From Bacillota bacterium (GTDB lineage: Bacteria > Bacillota > Sulfobacillia > Sulfobacillales > JAIMBI01), in contig JAJZWV010000008.1 in assembly GCA_021846505.1 (NCBI GenBank), positions 11,276 to 75,275 on the forward strand: 64,000 bases of DNA, written 5' to 3'. Each line of letters begins with the position of its first letter. The stretch's first letter is position 1. Positions 22,098 to 31,844 of the stretch are shown here, piece by piece. The position numbers and the translations under genes were made by a program. The notes below the pieces were generated by a model. The model saw nothing but the letters and a program-made list of their open reading frames with translations. It had not been told where the DNA came from and ran no database searches.

Positions 22098-23742
22098 CCG
22101 GCGCCGGCATCTCGCGCGATACCGCACGGTCGCCACGGTCCTCGTGCGGCACGGGCTGGGCCAGCTGGCCTCCAGCTTGGGGCTGGCCCGGTGGCTTTCG
22201 CTCGGTGCCCGGTGGGGCGGCCGGAGCAGCGCGGCTGCTTCCGACTGGGAGGACCGGGTTCCCTGGGTGCTGGCGGATTTAGGAGCCACCTTCATCAAGT
22301 TGGGACAGGTGGCCTCCACGCGCACGGACCTCCTGTCTCCGCGGCTGGTGGCGGCGCTGGAGCGGCTGCAGGACCAAGTGCCGCCGATTCCCTTGGCCGA
22401 CGTGCACACTGTGCTGGAGCGCGCGTGGGGAACGGATCCGCTGGCGGTGTTGTGGCTGGATCCCACCGTGATGGCCTCGGCGTCCCTCGCGCAGGTGCAT
22501 GGCGGCCGCCTGCCGGATGGGCGGGCCGTGGTGGTGAAAGTGAGGCGCCCGGGGCTCTTGGCCACTGCGCAGGTGGACTGCGAAATTGTGGCGCAGCTGG
22601 CAGCGGCGGCCGAGGCACGCATCCCGGCTGCCCGCCAGTATGGCCTCGCTGGCCTCGTGGGCGAGTTGGTGCAGGCGTTCTTGGCCGAGTTGGACTTTAC
22701 GCGGGAAGCGAACAACACGCAAGAGGCGGCGCGCCGGGCACCGGCCGATGGCACCGTTCGCATTCCCGAGGTCGTGTGGGAGCTGACGCGCCCGGACGTG
22801 CTGGTGATGACGCGGCTGAATGGGGTGAAAGTATCGGATCCCGCGGAGCTGGCGGCGGCGGGGCAAGATCCCCACGAGGTGGCGCGGCGGCTGGTCCACA
22901 CGCTCTATCGCGAAATTTTTGTGGACGGATTTTTCCACGCCGATCCCCACCCGGGCAACGTGCACGTGGATCAGGATGGCCAGCTCATCTTGCTGGACTG
23001 GGGGATGGTGGGGCGGCTCTCCCCCGCGATGCGGGAGCACTCCGCCGACCTTTTGTTAGGCATGGCGCGCGGGCACAGCGCCCAGGTGGTGCGGGCCCTG
23101 CTCCAGCTGGGGGTTGTGGAGGGGGCGATAAACCGCGCCGCGCTGGCCCAGGACGTGGACCGGCTCCGCCGGCGCTACTACGAAAGCTCGCTGGCGGAAT
23201 TTGAGCTGGGGCAGGCACTGACCGATGTGCTGGCCCTGGCGGCGCGCCACCGCGTGCGCATTCCGCACGAGTATGCACTCCTGGCCAAGGCCGCCGTCAC
23301 GCTGGACGGCCTGGTGCGGCGGCTGGACCCGAGCGCCTCCCTGGTGGACCTCGGCCGCCCGCTGATGGCCCAACTGCTGGCGGCCCGCTTTGGGCCGCGT
23401 GCGGTGGCCGCTCATCTGGAGGACAACCTGCTGCAGTGGCTCTCGGTGGCGGACGCGCTCCCCTACAGCCTTGAGCGGCTGATGGAGCGCATCGACGAAG
23501 GGTGCCTCAAAATCGAGTTGGAGCCCACAAACCTCGAGCGCCTGATGAAGCACTGGGAAAAACTCGTCAACCGACTGGCCCTGTCGCTGCTGGCCAGCGC
23601 TTTGGTGGTGGGCACGGCACTGGTGACCCACCGCAGCCGACTGGATCGCTTAGTGGGGATGCCTGTGGGAGAATACGCGTTTCTGGTGTCGCTGGCGGTC
23701 GCCACCGGCGTGATCGTGCTGTCCGTACGGCGGCAGGGGTAG
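22090..23742 (+). CDS. ABC1/UbiB-family atypical kinase
   Basis: FIKLGQVASTRTDLL, ASLAQVH, VVKVRRPG and FHADPHPGNV motifs, with C-terminal TM helices. Confidence 0.85.
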   Translation: MGSRRRHLARYRTVATVLVRHGLGQLASSLGLARWLSLGARWGGRSSAAASDWEDRVPWVLADLGATFIKLGQVASTRTDLLSPRLVAALERLQDQVPPIPLADVHTVLERAWGTDPLAVLWLDPTVMASASLAQVHGGRLPDGRAVVVKVRRPGLLATAQVDCEIVAQLAAAAEARIPAARQYGLAGLVGELVQAFLAELDFTREANNTQEAARRAPADGTVRIPEVVWELTRPDVLVMTRLNGVKVSDPAELAAAGQDPHEVARRLVHTLYREIFVDGFFHADPHPGNVHVDQDGQLILLDWGMVGRLSPAMREHSADLLLGMARGHSAQVVRALLQLGVVEGAINRAALAQDVDRLRRRYYESSLAEFELGQALTDVLALAARHRVRIPHEYALLAKAAVTLDGLVRRLDPSASLVDLGRPLMAQLLAARFGPRAVAAHLEDNLLQWLSVADALPYSLERLMERIDEGCLKIELEPTNLERLMKHWEKLVNRLALSLLASALVVGTALVTHRSRLDRLVGMPVGEYAFLVSLAVATGVIVLSVRRQG

Positions 23743-23986
23743 TCGTCTTGCGCGCAGCAGATCGTCTCGCCGGCGGTGACGCTGTCCAGCACCTCCGCCA
23801 GTCGGGCCGTCGCACGCCGGCCCCATGGAGGGCCCATGCGTGACGGCACCGCACGGTCGGCCTGGGTTGCCCCGCCCACCGGCACCGTGGATGTCGACCG
23901 CGCTGGGGGAGGGGCTGACGCACTCCCCTTGAGCAATAGAGCCCCGTGAGTTTGAACCGGGACGGTCCGGCCGCCATCGACTCCCG

Positions 23987-24016
23987 TTGACAGGGATCGC
24001 CCGCCTTCGATAGTGT
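23987..24016 (+). promoter_or_regulatory. Candidate promoter of the rubrerythrin operon
   Basis: TTGACA (23987-23992), then 17-18 nt, then ATAGTGT. Good -35, weak -10. Confidence 0.3.
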
Positions 24017-24076
24017 AGGAAGGGTTTCGTGAACGTAATGACCGGGGTTCTCGGGCCCCAAGGAGGAGGCGGCACC

Positions 24077-24502
24077 ATGACACTGTCTGGCAGCAAAACC
24101 CACGCTAACTTGAAGGAAGCCTTTGCCGGGGAGAGCCAAGCCAACCGCCGATATCTGTATTTCGCCCGGCAGGCCGACGTGGAGGGCTATCCGGACACGG
24201 CCGGCTTGTTTCGCGACGTCGCCGAAGGGGAAACCGGCCACGCGTTTGGCCACTTTGAGTACCTCGAGGAAGTCGGCGATCCGGTGACCGGCATGCCGGT
24301 GGGGACGACCGCCCAAAATTTGCAGAGTGCCGTCGAAGGCGAGACCTACGAGTTCAGCCAAATGTACCCGGGGTTTGCCAAGACGGCCCGTGAGGAGGGA
24401 TTTGACCGCATCGCTGAGTGGTTCGAGACGCTGGCGCGGGCCGAGAAGTCCCACGCTGGCCGCTTCACCAAGGGCCTCGCGCGGCTCGACCAAGACGACT
24501 AA
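24077..24502 (+). CDS. Rubrerythrin-family diiron protein (no rubredoxin domain)
   Basis: [20 protein letters not shown] and two ExxH pairs ([16 protein letters not shown]). ATG 24077 follows AGGAGGAGG. Confidence 0.85.
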   Translation: MTLSGSKTHANLKEAFAGESQANRRYLYFARQADVEGYPDTAGLFRDVAEGETGHAFGHFEYLEEVGDPVTGMPVGTTAQNLQSAVEGETYEFSQMYPGFAKTAREEGFDRIAEWFETLARAEKSHAGRFTKGLARLDQDD

Positions 24503-24543
24503 ACCGGCAGGGCCGCTGAATGCGCGCGGGGAGGCGGGGATTC

Positions 24544-25803
24544 ATGGAATATCGGCCCACCAAGCCTGAGTACTGGGATGAGAGCGCGCTGGAGCGGAAC
24601 CTTAAGCAGGCGTTTGACATTTGCAACGGCTGCCGCCTGTGCCACGACCTGTGCCCGTCGTTTCCGGCCCTATTTCGGTTCGTGGAAGGGTATGACGATG
24701 ATGCGGCGTCGGTGACGCGAAGCCAGATGGAGGCGGTGGCGGACGAGTGCTTTCAGTGCAAAATCTGTGCACTGAAGTGTCCTTACACGCCCCCCCACCG
24801 GTTTGATCTGGACTTTCCCCGCCTGATGCTCCGCACGAAGGCGCAGCGGGTGCGCCGCGTGGGGCTGTCAGCCGAGGACCGATTCCTAGGGGACCCGGAG
24901 CGCTCGGGCCGCCTCGGAACGGCGGCCCCCCATCTGGCGAACTGGGCCGCCCACCGGCCCGGCCTCCGCGGCCTGCTGAAGCGCCGGGCGGGCATCGACC
25001 CCCGCCGGCGGCTGCCGCCCTACGCGGACCGGCGATTCTCTCGGCGGGTGGCTGGCCGGCCTGTCCCGCCTGCGCCGGATGTTGTGCTGTTTTCCACCTG
25101 CACGACTGAATTTAACTATCCCGAGCTGGGCGAGGCGGCGATTCGGGTGCTGGAGCACCAAGGCTTGAGCGTGGCCACGCTGGCCGGGGAGCGATGCTGC
25201 GGCATGCCCGCCTTGGATGGCGGGGATGTGGCCGGGGCTCAGGCGCGTGCTCAGGCCAACATTGCCGCCCTGGCCCCCCACGTGGAACGGGGAGCCCGCG
25301 TGGCAGCGCTGCAGCCCACCTGCACGTTTGTGCTGAAGCGCGAGTATCCGCTGCTAGTGGAAGGGGCTGTGGCGGAGCGCGTGGCCGCCGCAGTGGTGGA
25401 CGTGACGGATTTCCTGGCGGAGCTTGCCCAGCAGGGCCGACTCGCCAGCGATTTTCAGCAGGAGGTGGGGGCCATCACCTACCACGTGTCCTGCCACACG
25501 CGGATGGAGGGCGGAGGGGGCCGGGCCCGCCGCCTGCTGTCGAAAATACCGGGCACCACGGTAGTCGTGGCGGAGGCCTGCGCAGGCATCGACGGCACGT
25601 GGGGGCTGAAAGCCCGGCACTACGATGCATCGCAGAAGGTCGCGGCGCGCCTGATGGAGCGGCTGGCGAGCCGTCCCGATGACCTGCCGTGCTCCGACTG
25701 CAAGCTGGCGGGGCTGCAAATTGAAACGGCGGGCCGAGCGCCACTGCACCCGGTGGAAGTACTGGCCCGCGCGTATGGATTCTCGGGGGCGGAGGCGCGA
25801 TGA
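24544..25803 (+). CDS. GlcF/HdrD-like Fe-S oxidoreductase (2x[4Fe-4S] plus CCG domains)
   Basis: CNGCRLCHDLCP and CFQCKICALKCP ferredoxin motifs. C-terminal cysteine-rich CCG motif (ERCCGMP). Confidence 0.8.
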   Translation: MEYRPTKPEYWDESALERNLKQAFDICNGCRLCHDLCPSFPALFRFVEGYDDDAASVTRSQMEAVADECFQCKICALKCPYTPPHRFDLDFPRLMLRTKAQRVRRVGLSAEDRFLGDPERSGRLGTAAPHLANWAAHRPGLRGLLKRRAGIDPRRRLPPYADRRFSRRVAGRPVPPAPDVVLFSTCTTEFNYPELGEAAIRVLEHQGLSVATLAGERCCGMPALDGGDVAGAQARAQANIAALAPHVERGARVAALQPTCTFVLKREYPLLVEGAVAERVAAAVVDVTDFLAELAQQGRLASDFQQEVGAITYHVSCHTRMEGGGGRARRLLSKIPGTTVVVAEACAGIDGTWGLKARHYDASQKVAARLMERLASRPDDLPCSDCKLAGLQIETAGRAPLHPVEVLARAYGFSGAEAR

Positions 25804-25837
25804 GCGGACCGAAGCCTCGGCAACGGGGGGATAAGTG

Positions 25838-26446
25838 ATGCGCCGAGTGAGCCAACAGGAACTTTTGCCGCTGGTGGAGTATCAATTGGCGCGAGACCAA
25901 ATTCGCGACGACATAATTCGGTACAAGCGCACGCGGCGCGTGGCCATGGGGGACTTGGTGTCCATCGTGTTTGAAAATCACCGGACGCTGTGGTTTCAGA
26001 CGCAGGAGATGCTGCGCGTGGAGCACATCACCGATCCGGCGCAGGTGGCGGAGGAGCTGGCGGTGTACAACGACATGCTGCCCGAGGGCCTGGCGCTGGC
26101 GGCCACGCTGCTGATTGAGATACCCGATTCCACGCAAATCCCGTCGGTGCTGAAGCGCCTGACGGGATTGGAGGAAGCCGTCGTGCTGTATTTGGGCGAG
26201 CACGCGGTGCAGGCCGAGGCGGAGCCGGGCCGCTCCAAGGACGATAAGACAAGCTCGGTACACTACTTGACCTTTCCGATGCAGCCCCAGGAGGCGCGGC
26301 GCCTGAAGGATCTAACCACGGCGGCGCGGCTGGCGATTCAGCACCCGGGGTATACCGTCGAGGCAGCGTTGCCGGAGGCCGTGCGGTTGAGCCTGGCGGC
26401 TGACTTGGACGGAGCGGAGGGCACCGGCGAATCCGGCGGCCTTTGA
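25838..26446 (+). CDS. DUF3501-family protein
   Basis: LLPLVEYQLARDQIRDDIIRYKRTRRVAMGDLVSIVFENHRTLWFQ is typical of DUF3501 as I recall it. Third gene of the rbr/FeS module. Confidence 0.7.
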   Translation: MRRVSQQELLPLVEYQLARDQIRDDIIRYKRTRRVAMGDLVSIVFENHRTLWFQTQEMLRVEHITDPAQVAEELAVYNDMLPEGLALAATLLIEIPDSTQIPSVLKRLTGLEEAVVLYLGEHAVQAEAEPGRSKDDKTSSVHYLTFPMQPQEARRLKDLTTAARLAIQHPGYTVEAALPEAVRLSLAADLDGAEGTGESGGL

Positions 26447-26471
26447 CAGCCGGATGGCGCTTACCTATAAT
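26443..26471 (+). promoter_or_regulatory. Consensus sigmaA promoter for yceD-rpmF
   Basis: TTGACA-N17-TATAAT (26443-26448 and 26466-26471). The -35 overlaps the DUF3501 stop codon. Confidence 0.6.
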
Positions 26472-26502
26472 GGCCAAAGTTTTGTGAAGGTGGCGTCGTG
26501 GC

Positions 26503-27033
26503 ATGGCGATGGAAGTGCGCGTGCGGGATGTAAAGCGTTGGGCTGGCCGCCGCATCGAGGTGCCGCTGGAAGGCGAGTGGCCCGCGCCCCTTCAGGAACG
26601 TTCTGACTGGCCGCTGGAAGGGGCGGCGTGTGGGCGTGTGACGGTCGACAACGGCGGAGAGTTCCTGGCGGTGGTGTTGCGTGGCCGGGCGACGCTTCGG
26701 GCCGAGTGTGGCCGTTGCCTAGGGCCCATGCGCCTGGAGGTGCCGTTCGAGTTGCATCAGGAGTTTCGCGAGGCGGAGCCCGGGTTGGCCGATGAGTGGC
26801 TCCCGTATCGCCAGGACGTGATTCCCCTCGATGAGTTGGTGGCCGAGGCGGTGGTGCTGGCCACGCCGGCGGTGCCGGTGTGCGATCCCGAGTGTCGAGG
26901 GCTCTGCTCGCAGTGCGGCCGCGATTTGAATGACGGCGAGTGCGGGTGCTTGCCGCCCGCCGACGAGCGATGGAGGGCCCTCGCTGGCTGGCGGCGCCCG
27001 CAGGCATCCGAGAACCCAGAGGAGGACACGTAA
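26503..27033 (+). CDS. yceD: YceD/DUF177 (23S rRNA accumulation protein)
   Basis: CGRCLGPM and VCDPECRGLCSQCGRDLNDGECGC cysteine motifs. Conserved position before rpmF. Confidence 0.85.
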   Translation: MAMEVRVRDVKRWAGRRIEVPLEGEWPAPLQERSDWPLEGAACGRVTVDNGGEFLAVVLRGRATLRAECGRCLGPMRLEVPFELHQEFREAEPGLADEWLPYRQDVIPLDELVAEAVVLATPAVPVCDPECRGLCSQCGRDLNDGECGCLPPADERWRALAGWRRPQASENPEEDT

Positions 27034-27034
27034 A

Positions 27035-27220
27035 ATGGCCGTGCCGAAAAAGAAGCATTCTAAGTCCCGGAAAAATAAGCGGCGGTCCATGTGGAAGCTG
27101 ACGGCTCCGCAAGTGGGCCACTGCCCGCGGTGCCACCAAGACCGCATGCCCCACCAAGTGTGTGCGCACTGCGGCTACTACGATGGGCGGGCCGTGCTGG
27201 AGATTGAGAGCGAGGCTTAG
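27035..27220 (+). CDS. rpmF: 50S ribosomal protein L32
   Basis: MAVPKKKHSKSRKNKRR... with CPRC...CAHCG zinc-ribbon cysteines. GGAGGA SD. Confidence 0.95.
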   Translation: MAVPKKKHSKSRKNKRRSMWKLTAPQVGHCPRCHQDRMPHQVCAHCGYYDGRAVLEIESEA

Positions 27221-27252
27221 CCGGGCCATCAGCCCGGCTTCTCCGTCTTCGC
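27219..27252 (+). terminator. Weak terminator-like hairpin after rpmF
   Basis: AGCCGGG/CCCGGCT stem (7 bp) followed by the pyrimidine-rich CTTCTCCGTCTTC. Confidence 0.4.
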
Positions 27253-27255
27253 AAA

Positions 27256-27275
27256 TTAGGATCACGTGATCATAA
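27256..27275 (+). promoter_or_regulatory. Candidate FapR operator (20-bp dyad)
   Basis: TTAGGATCAC|GTGATCATAA is symmetric in 9 of 10 positions, with a perfect GATCACGTGATC core. Lies directly upstream of fapR. TTAG...TAA ends recall the B. subtilis FapR box. Confidence 0.45.
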
Positions 27276-27305
27276 GAGGGGGGAGCCGTCCTGCAGACAC
27301 GCCGG

Positions 27306-27878
27306 GTGGAGCGCCACCAACTTCTGAAGCAGCTCCTGAGAGAAGATCCGCTGCGCACTGACGAAGAACTGGCGCGCTCCCTGACGGTCAGCGTGCCGAC
27401 GGTGCGCCTGGATCGCGTGTATCTAGGTATTCCGGAAGTGCGCCAGCGGGCTCAAGGGCTGGCGCGCCAGGCGGTGGTGGGCCTCCGCGCACTAGAAGGC
27501 GCCGAGATGGTGGGCGATTTGGTGGATCTGGCCATCGGTCGCCATGCCGTGTCCGTGCTGGACACCACGCCCGAGATGACCTTTCACCGCAGCGGCGTGG
27601 TGCGCAGCCAGCATCTGTTCGCACAAGCGGACTCCCTGGCGCTGTCGGTGGTGGACGGCGATTGGGTGCTGACCGCTCTCGCCAACTCCAAGTTCAAGCA
27701 GCCGGTGTACGCCGGAGATCGGCTGGTGGCGCGGGCGGAAGTGCTTCGCCGCCGCCAGAGCCGCTACGTCGTGCTGGTGGTGACGCAGGTTGGCGAATCC
27801 GTGGTATTTCGCGGCAAGTTTTTGGTAGTCGATTTGGGAGATCGGCGGGGGGGCATCGGCCGTGCGCATCGCGATTGA
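27306..27878 (+). CDS. fapR: Fatty acid/phospholipid synthesis transcription factor FapR
   Basis: LLKQLLREDPLRTDEELARSLTVSVPTVRLDRVYLGIPE HTH plus a thioesterase-like C-terminal domain. GTG 27306. An in-frame CTG at 27291 has the better SD. Confidence 0.85.
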   Translation: MERHQLLKQLLREDPLRTDEELARSLTVSVPTVRLDRVYLGIPEVRQRAQGLARQAVVGLRALEGAEMVGDLVDLAIGRHAVSVLDTTPEMTFHRSGVVRSQHLFAQADSLALSVVDGDWVLTALANSKFKQPVYAGDRLVARAEVLRRRQSRYVVLVVTQVGESVVFRGKFLVVDLGDRRGGIGRAHRD

Positions 27879-28896
27879 CGCGGAAGGAGGCGACCTGGCG
27901 CCGCGGGCCGCGGTGGAAGGTGGCTGCGAGGCCGCCCGCCGCCACGAGGGGTTGGAGGTCGTCCTGGTGGGCCGCGGCGAGGGATGGACCCCCTGGATGG
28001 CGTCGGCTCCGCGGGGCCGCGTGCACGTCCATCACACGGACGATGTGATTGGCCCGGCCGAGCCACCGGTGCAGGCGGTCCGGCAAAAGCCCCATGCGAG
28101 CTTGGTGGAAGCGATTCGCCTGGTGAAGTCGGGCCAAGTGGATGGCGCGGTGTCTGCGGGCAACACAGGCGCGATGATGGCGGCGGGCCTTTTGGTGCTG
28201 GGGCGGCTCGGGGGGGTGGAGCGCCCGGCGCTCTGCGCGGTGCTGCCAACCCGGGACGGCCGCGGCGCGCTGCTGCTCGACGTAGGAGCTAATGTTGATG
28301 CCAAGCCTGTGCATTTGGTCCAGTATGCCCACATGGGGGCACTGTACGCGGAGCGGGTGCTGCGCGTGGAGGTGCCGCGTGTGGGTCTGGTAAATCTAGG
28401 CACCGAGCCGGGGAAGGGCCCGCTGGCGCTGCAAGAAGCTTTCGGGCGGCTGGAGGCCGCGGGGCCGCAGCTGCCCGGTCGCTTTGTGGGCAACATTGAG
28501 GCGCGGGACGTACTGGCTGGGGTGGCGGACGTCTTAGTGGCAGATGGCTTTGTGGGCAACGTGGTGCTGAAGGTGGCGGAAGGCACCGTCGCGGAGGTCA
28601 TGTACGGGCTCAGAGGGGCGCTGCGGGATGGGATGCGGGCCAAGCTGGGCGGGCTGCTCGCGCGCCCAGCGCTGCTGCGCCTGCGCACCCGCCTCGACTA
28701 CCAAGAGGTGGGCGGTGTGCCTCTGCTCGGGCTGTCGGGGGTCGTGATTAAGGCGCATGGTGCGAGCCGTGCCCGGGCCTTTGCCAACGCGGTGCAGCGC
28801 GGGGCCGAGCAAGTGGCCGGCGATGTCAACGGACTCATTGGATCGGCGTTGCGCGAGCTGAAAGCCAGGGCGCGGGCAGAGGAGGCGCCGTTATGA
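27862..28896 (+). CDS. plsX: Phosphate acyltransferase PlsX
   Basis: MRIAIDAEGGD..AP, GNTGAMMAAG and GFVGNVVLK motifs. Confidence 0.9.
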   Translation: MRIAIDAEGGDLAPRAAVEGGCEAARRHEGLEVVLVGRGEGWTPWMASAPRGRVHVHHTDDVIGPAEPPVQAVRQKPHASLVEAIRLVKSGQVDGAVSAGNTGAMMAAGLLVLGRLGGVERPALCAVLPTRDGRGALLLDVGANVDAKPVHLVQYAHMGALYAERVLRVEVPRVGLVNLGTEPGKGPLALQEAFGRLEAAGPQLPGRFVGNIEARDVLAGVADVLVADGFVGNVVLKVAEGTVAEVMYGLRGALRDGMRAKLGGLLARPALLRLRTRLDYQEVGGVPLLGLSGVVIKAHGASRARAFANAVQRGAEQVAGDVNGLIGSALRELKARARAEEAPL

Positions 28897-29885
28897 GTGC
28901 ACGGGCTGCGGTGGTGGCGGGCCTCGGGGCGTATGCGCCCGAGCGGATTCTGACGAACGCGGACTTGGAGCAGATGCTGGATACCAGCGATGATTGGATC
29001 GTGAGCCGCACCGGGATTCGCGAGCGCCGCATTGCAGCCCCGGGGGAGACGGCGTCGTCGCTGGGGGCCGCAGCTAGCCGCGCGGCACTGGCGGATTCGG
29101 GAGTCGATCCCACCGCCATCGATATGGTGATTTGCGCCACCAACACCGGAGACACGCCCTTTCCCTGCACCGCCGGGCGCGTGTGGCTTCGGCTGAACGG
29201 CCCGCCGCGGCCCGCGTTTGATGTTCAAGCAGGCTGCACCGGCTGGGTGTATGCCCTGGAGCTGGGGCGCGCCCTCATTGTGGCGGGTGCAGTGGAACGG
29301 GTGCTGGTGGTGGCGACCGACGTGCTGTCCAGCATCGTCGATTGGGAAGACCGGTCGACCGCGGTGCTGTTCGGAGACGGGGCGGGCGCGGTGGTGCTGG
29401 AGGCGAGTGCCAGCACGCGCGGGGTGCTGGGGTCCAGCCTGAACTGCGACGGCGCGGGCGGGCCGCTGCTCATGCTGCCGGCAGGGGGCTCGGCCATGCC
29501 GGCCAATCAAGAGACGGTGGTGCGCCGGCAGCACTACATGAAGATGGCCGGCAACGACGTGTTTCGCTTTGCGGTCAAGGCACTGCCGGAGTCGATTGCC
29601 GGCGCACTCCAGGCGGCCCATCTGACTCTGGAGGACTTGGACCTGGTGGTGCCTCACCAGGCCAACGCCCGCATCATCGAGGCGGCGGCGCGCCGCCTGG
29701 GGGTGGACCTGTCTCGATTTGTCGTGAACATTGAGCGGTACGGCAACACCTCGGTGGCCAGCATTCCCCTGGCGCTGGCCGAAGCGCGGGCCGCAGGTCG
29801 GATCGGGCCGGACACCGTGCTCGCCGTGGCAGCGTTCGGGGCGGGGCTCACCTGGGGTGCCACCGTCATACGGTGGGGCCGATGA
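28893..29885 (+). CDS. fabH: 3-oxoacyl-ACP synthase III
   Basis: DTSDDWIVSRTGIRERR, catalytic Cys context (AGCTGWVYAL), HQAN and GNTS motifs. ATGA overlap with plsX. Confidence 0.9.
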   Translation: MSARAAVVAGLGAYAPERILTNADLEQMLDTSDDWIVSRTGIRERRIAAPGETASSLGAAASRAALADSGVDPTAIDMVICATNTGDTPFPCTAGRVWLRLNGPPRPAFDVQAGCTGWVYALELGRALIVAGAVERVLVVATDVLSSIVDWEDRSTAVLFGDGAGAVVLEASASTRGVLGSSLNCDGAGGPLLMLPAGGSAMPANQETVVRRQHYMKMAGNDVFRFAVKALPESIAGALQAAHLTLEDLDLVVPHQANARIIEAAARRLGVDLSRFVVNIERYGNTSVASIPLALAEARAAGRIGPDTVLAVAAFGAGLTWGATVIRWGR

Positions 29886-30805
29886 ACTGGGCCGCGCTGT
29901 TTCCGGGTCAAGGGAGCCAATACGTTGGCATGGGTCGGGACCTGCAGGACGTGCCCGCCGCTCGGCGGGTGTTTGAGGAAGCTGAGGAGACCCTGGAGTA
30001 CCGGCTGCGCTCGGTGCTCTGGGAAGGCCCCGAATCACGGCTGGTGGAGACCGAGGTGCAGCAGCCGGCGATTTTGACCGTCAGTGTGGCGGCGTGGCGC
30101 GCGCTGGACCCCCCCCTGCCGTCAGCGGCGGTGGGGCTGAGCCTGGGCGAGTACAGCGCGCTGGTGGCCAGCGGCTTGCTGCCCTTTGCCGATGCGGTGC
30201 GCATTACGCGCCTGCGGGGACACGTGATGCAAAATGCGGTGCCGGCGGGAATGGGCGGGATGACCGCGGTGATGGGGCTCGACGCCGCCACGGTGGAGCA
30301 GATGGCGACGCTGGCGCAGGCGGTGGGCTGGGTGGAGCCGGCAAACTATAATGCACCAGGGCAACTGGTGGTGTCGGGGACGGTAGCGGGCTTGGAAGAG
30401 TTGGAGGCGCGCGCCCGGGCGGCCGGCGCGCGGGTCGTCCGGCTGCCCGTGTCCGCTCCATTTCACAGCCGGCTCTTGGCGCCGGCGGAGGCGCCGCTCG
30501 CCGCGGCCTTGGCGGAGGTGGAGTGGGCGCCCCGCGGACAGTTTCCGGTGTTGGCCAACGTGGACGGCCACCCCGTGTGGACGGCGGAGGAAGCGGTGCC
30601 GCGCCTGGTGGCCCAGGTTTCCCATCCCGTGCGCCTCGAGGCCAGCCTGCATCGGCTGGTGGCAGAGGGCGCCGAGGGGTTCCTTGAGTGTGGGCCTGGC
30701 CATGCGATGATTGCGCTGATAAAGCGGGTGCAGCGCCGGGCGGCGGTACAGGCGGTCGAATCGCCGTCGGCGTTTGCGGCGGCGCTTGAACTGGTAAAAT
30801 CCTAG
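29882..30805 (+). CDS. fabD: Malonyl CoA-ACP transacylase
   Basis: FPGQGSQYVGMG, GLSLGEYSALV and NAPGQLVVSG motifs. Confidence 0.9.
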   Translation: MNWAALFPGQGSQYVGMGRDLQDVPAARRVFEEAEETLEYRLRSVLWEGPESRLVETEVQQPAILTVSVAAWRALDPPLPSAAVGLSLGEYSALVASGLLPFADAVRITRLRGHVMQNAVPAGMGGMTAVMGLDAATVEQMATLAQAVGWVEPANYNAPGQLVVSGTVAGLEELEARARAAGARVVRLPVSAPFHSRLLAPAEAPLAAALAEVEWAPRGQFPVLANVDGHPVWTAEEAVPRLVAQVSHPVRLEASLHRLVAEGAEGFLECGPGHAMIALIKRVQRRAAVQAVESPSAFAAALELVKS

Positions 30806-30840
30806 ACGCTATAATTCAGCGTCACAGCAGGGGGGACGGG

Positions 30841-31841
<1,001 letters not shown>

Positions 31842-31844
31842 CGC

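Noticed and set aside
23567-24493. 308-aa minus-strand ORF spanning the ubiB-rubrerythrin spacer.
   Set aside because: It is antisense to the rubrerythrin gene, which has a perfect SD and diiron motifs. The remainder covers non-coding spacer.
28698-30038. 446-aa minus-strand ORF.
   Set aside because: It is antisense to plsX, fabH and fabD. Its composition is not protein-like.
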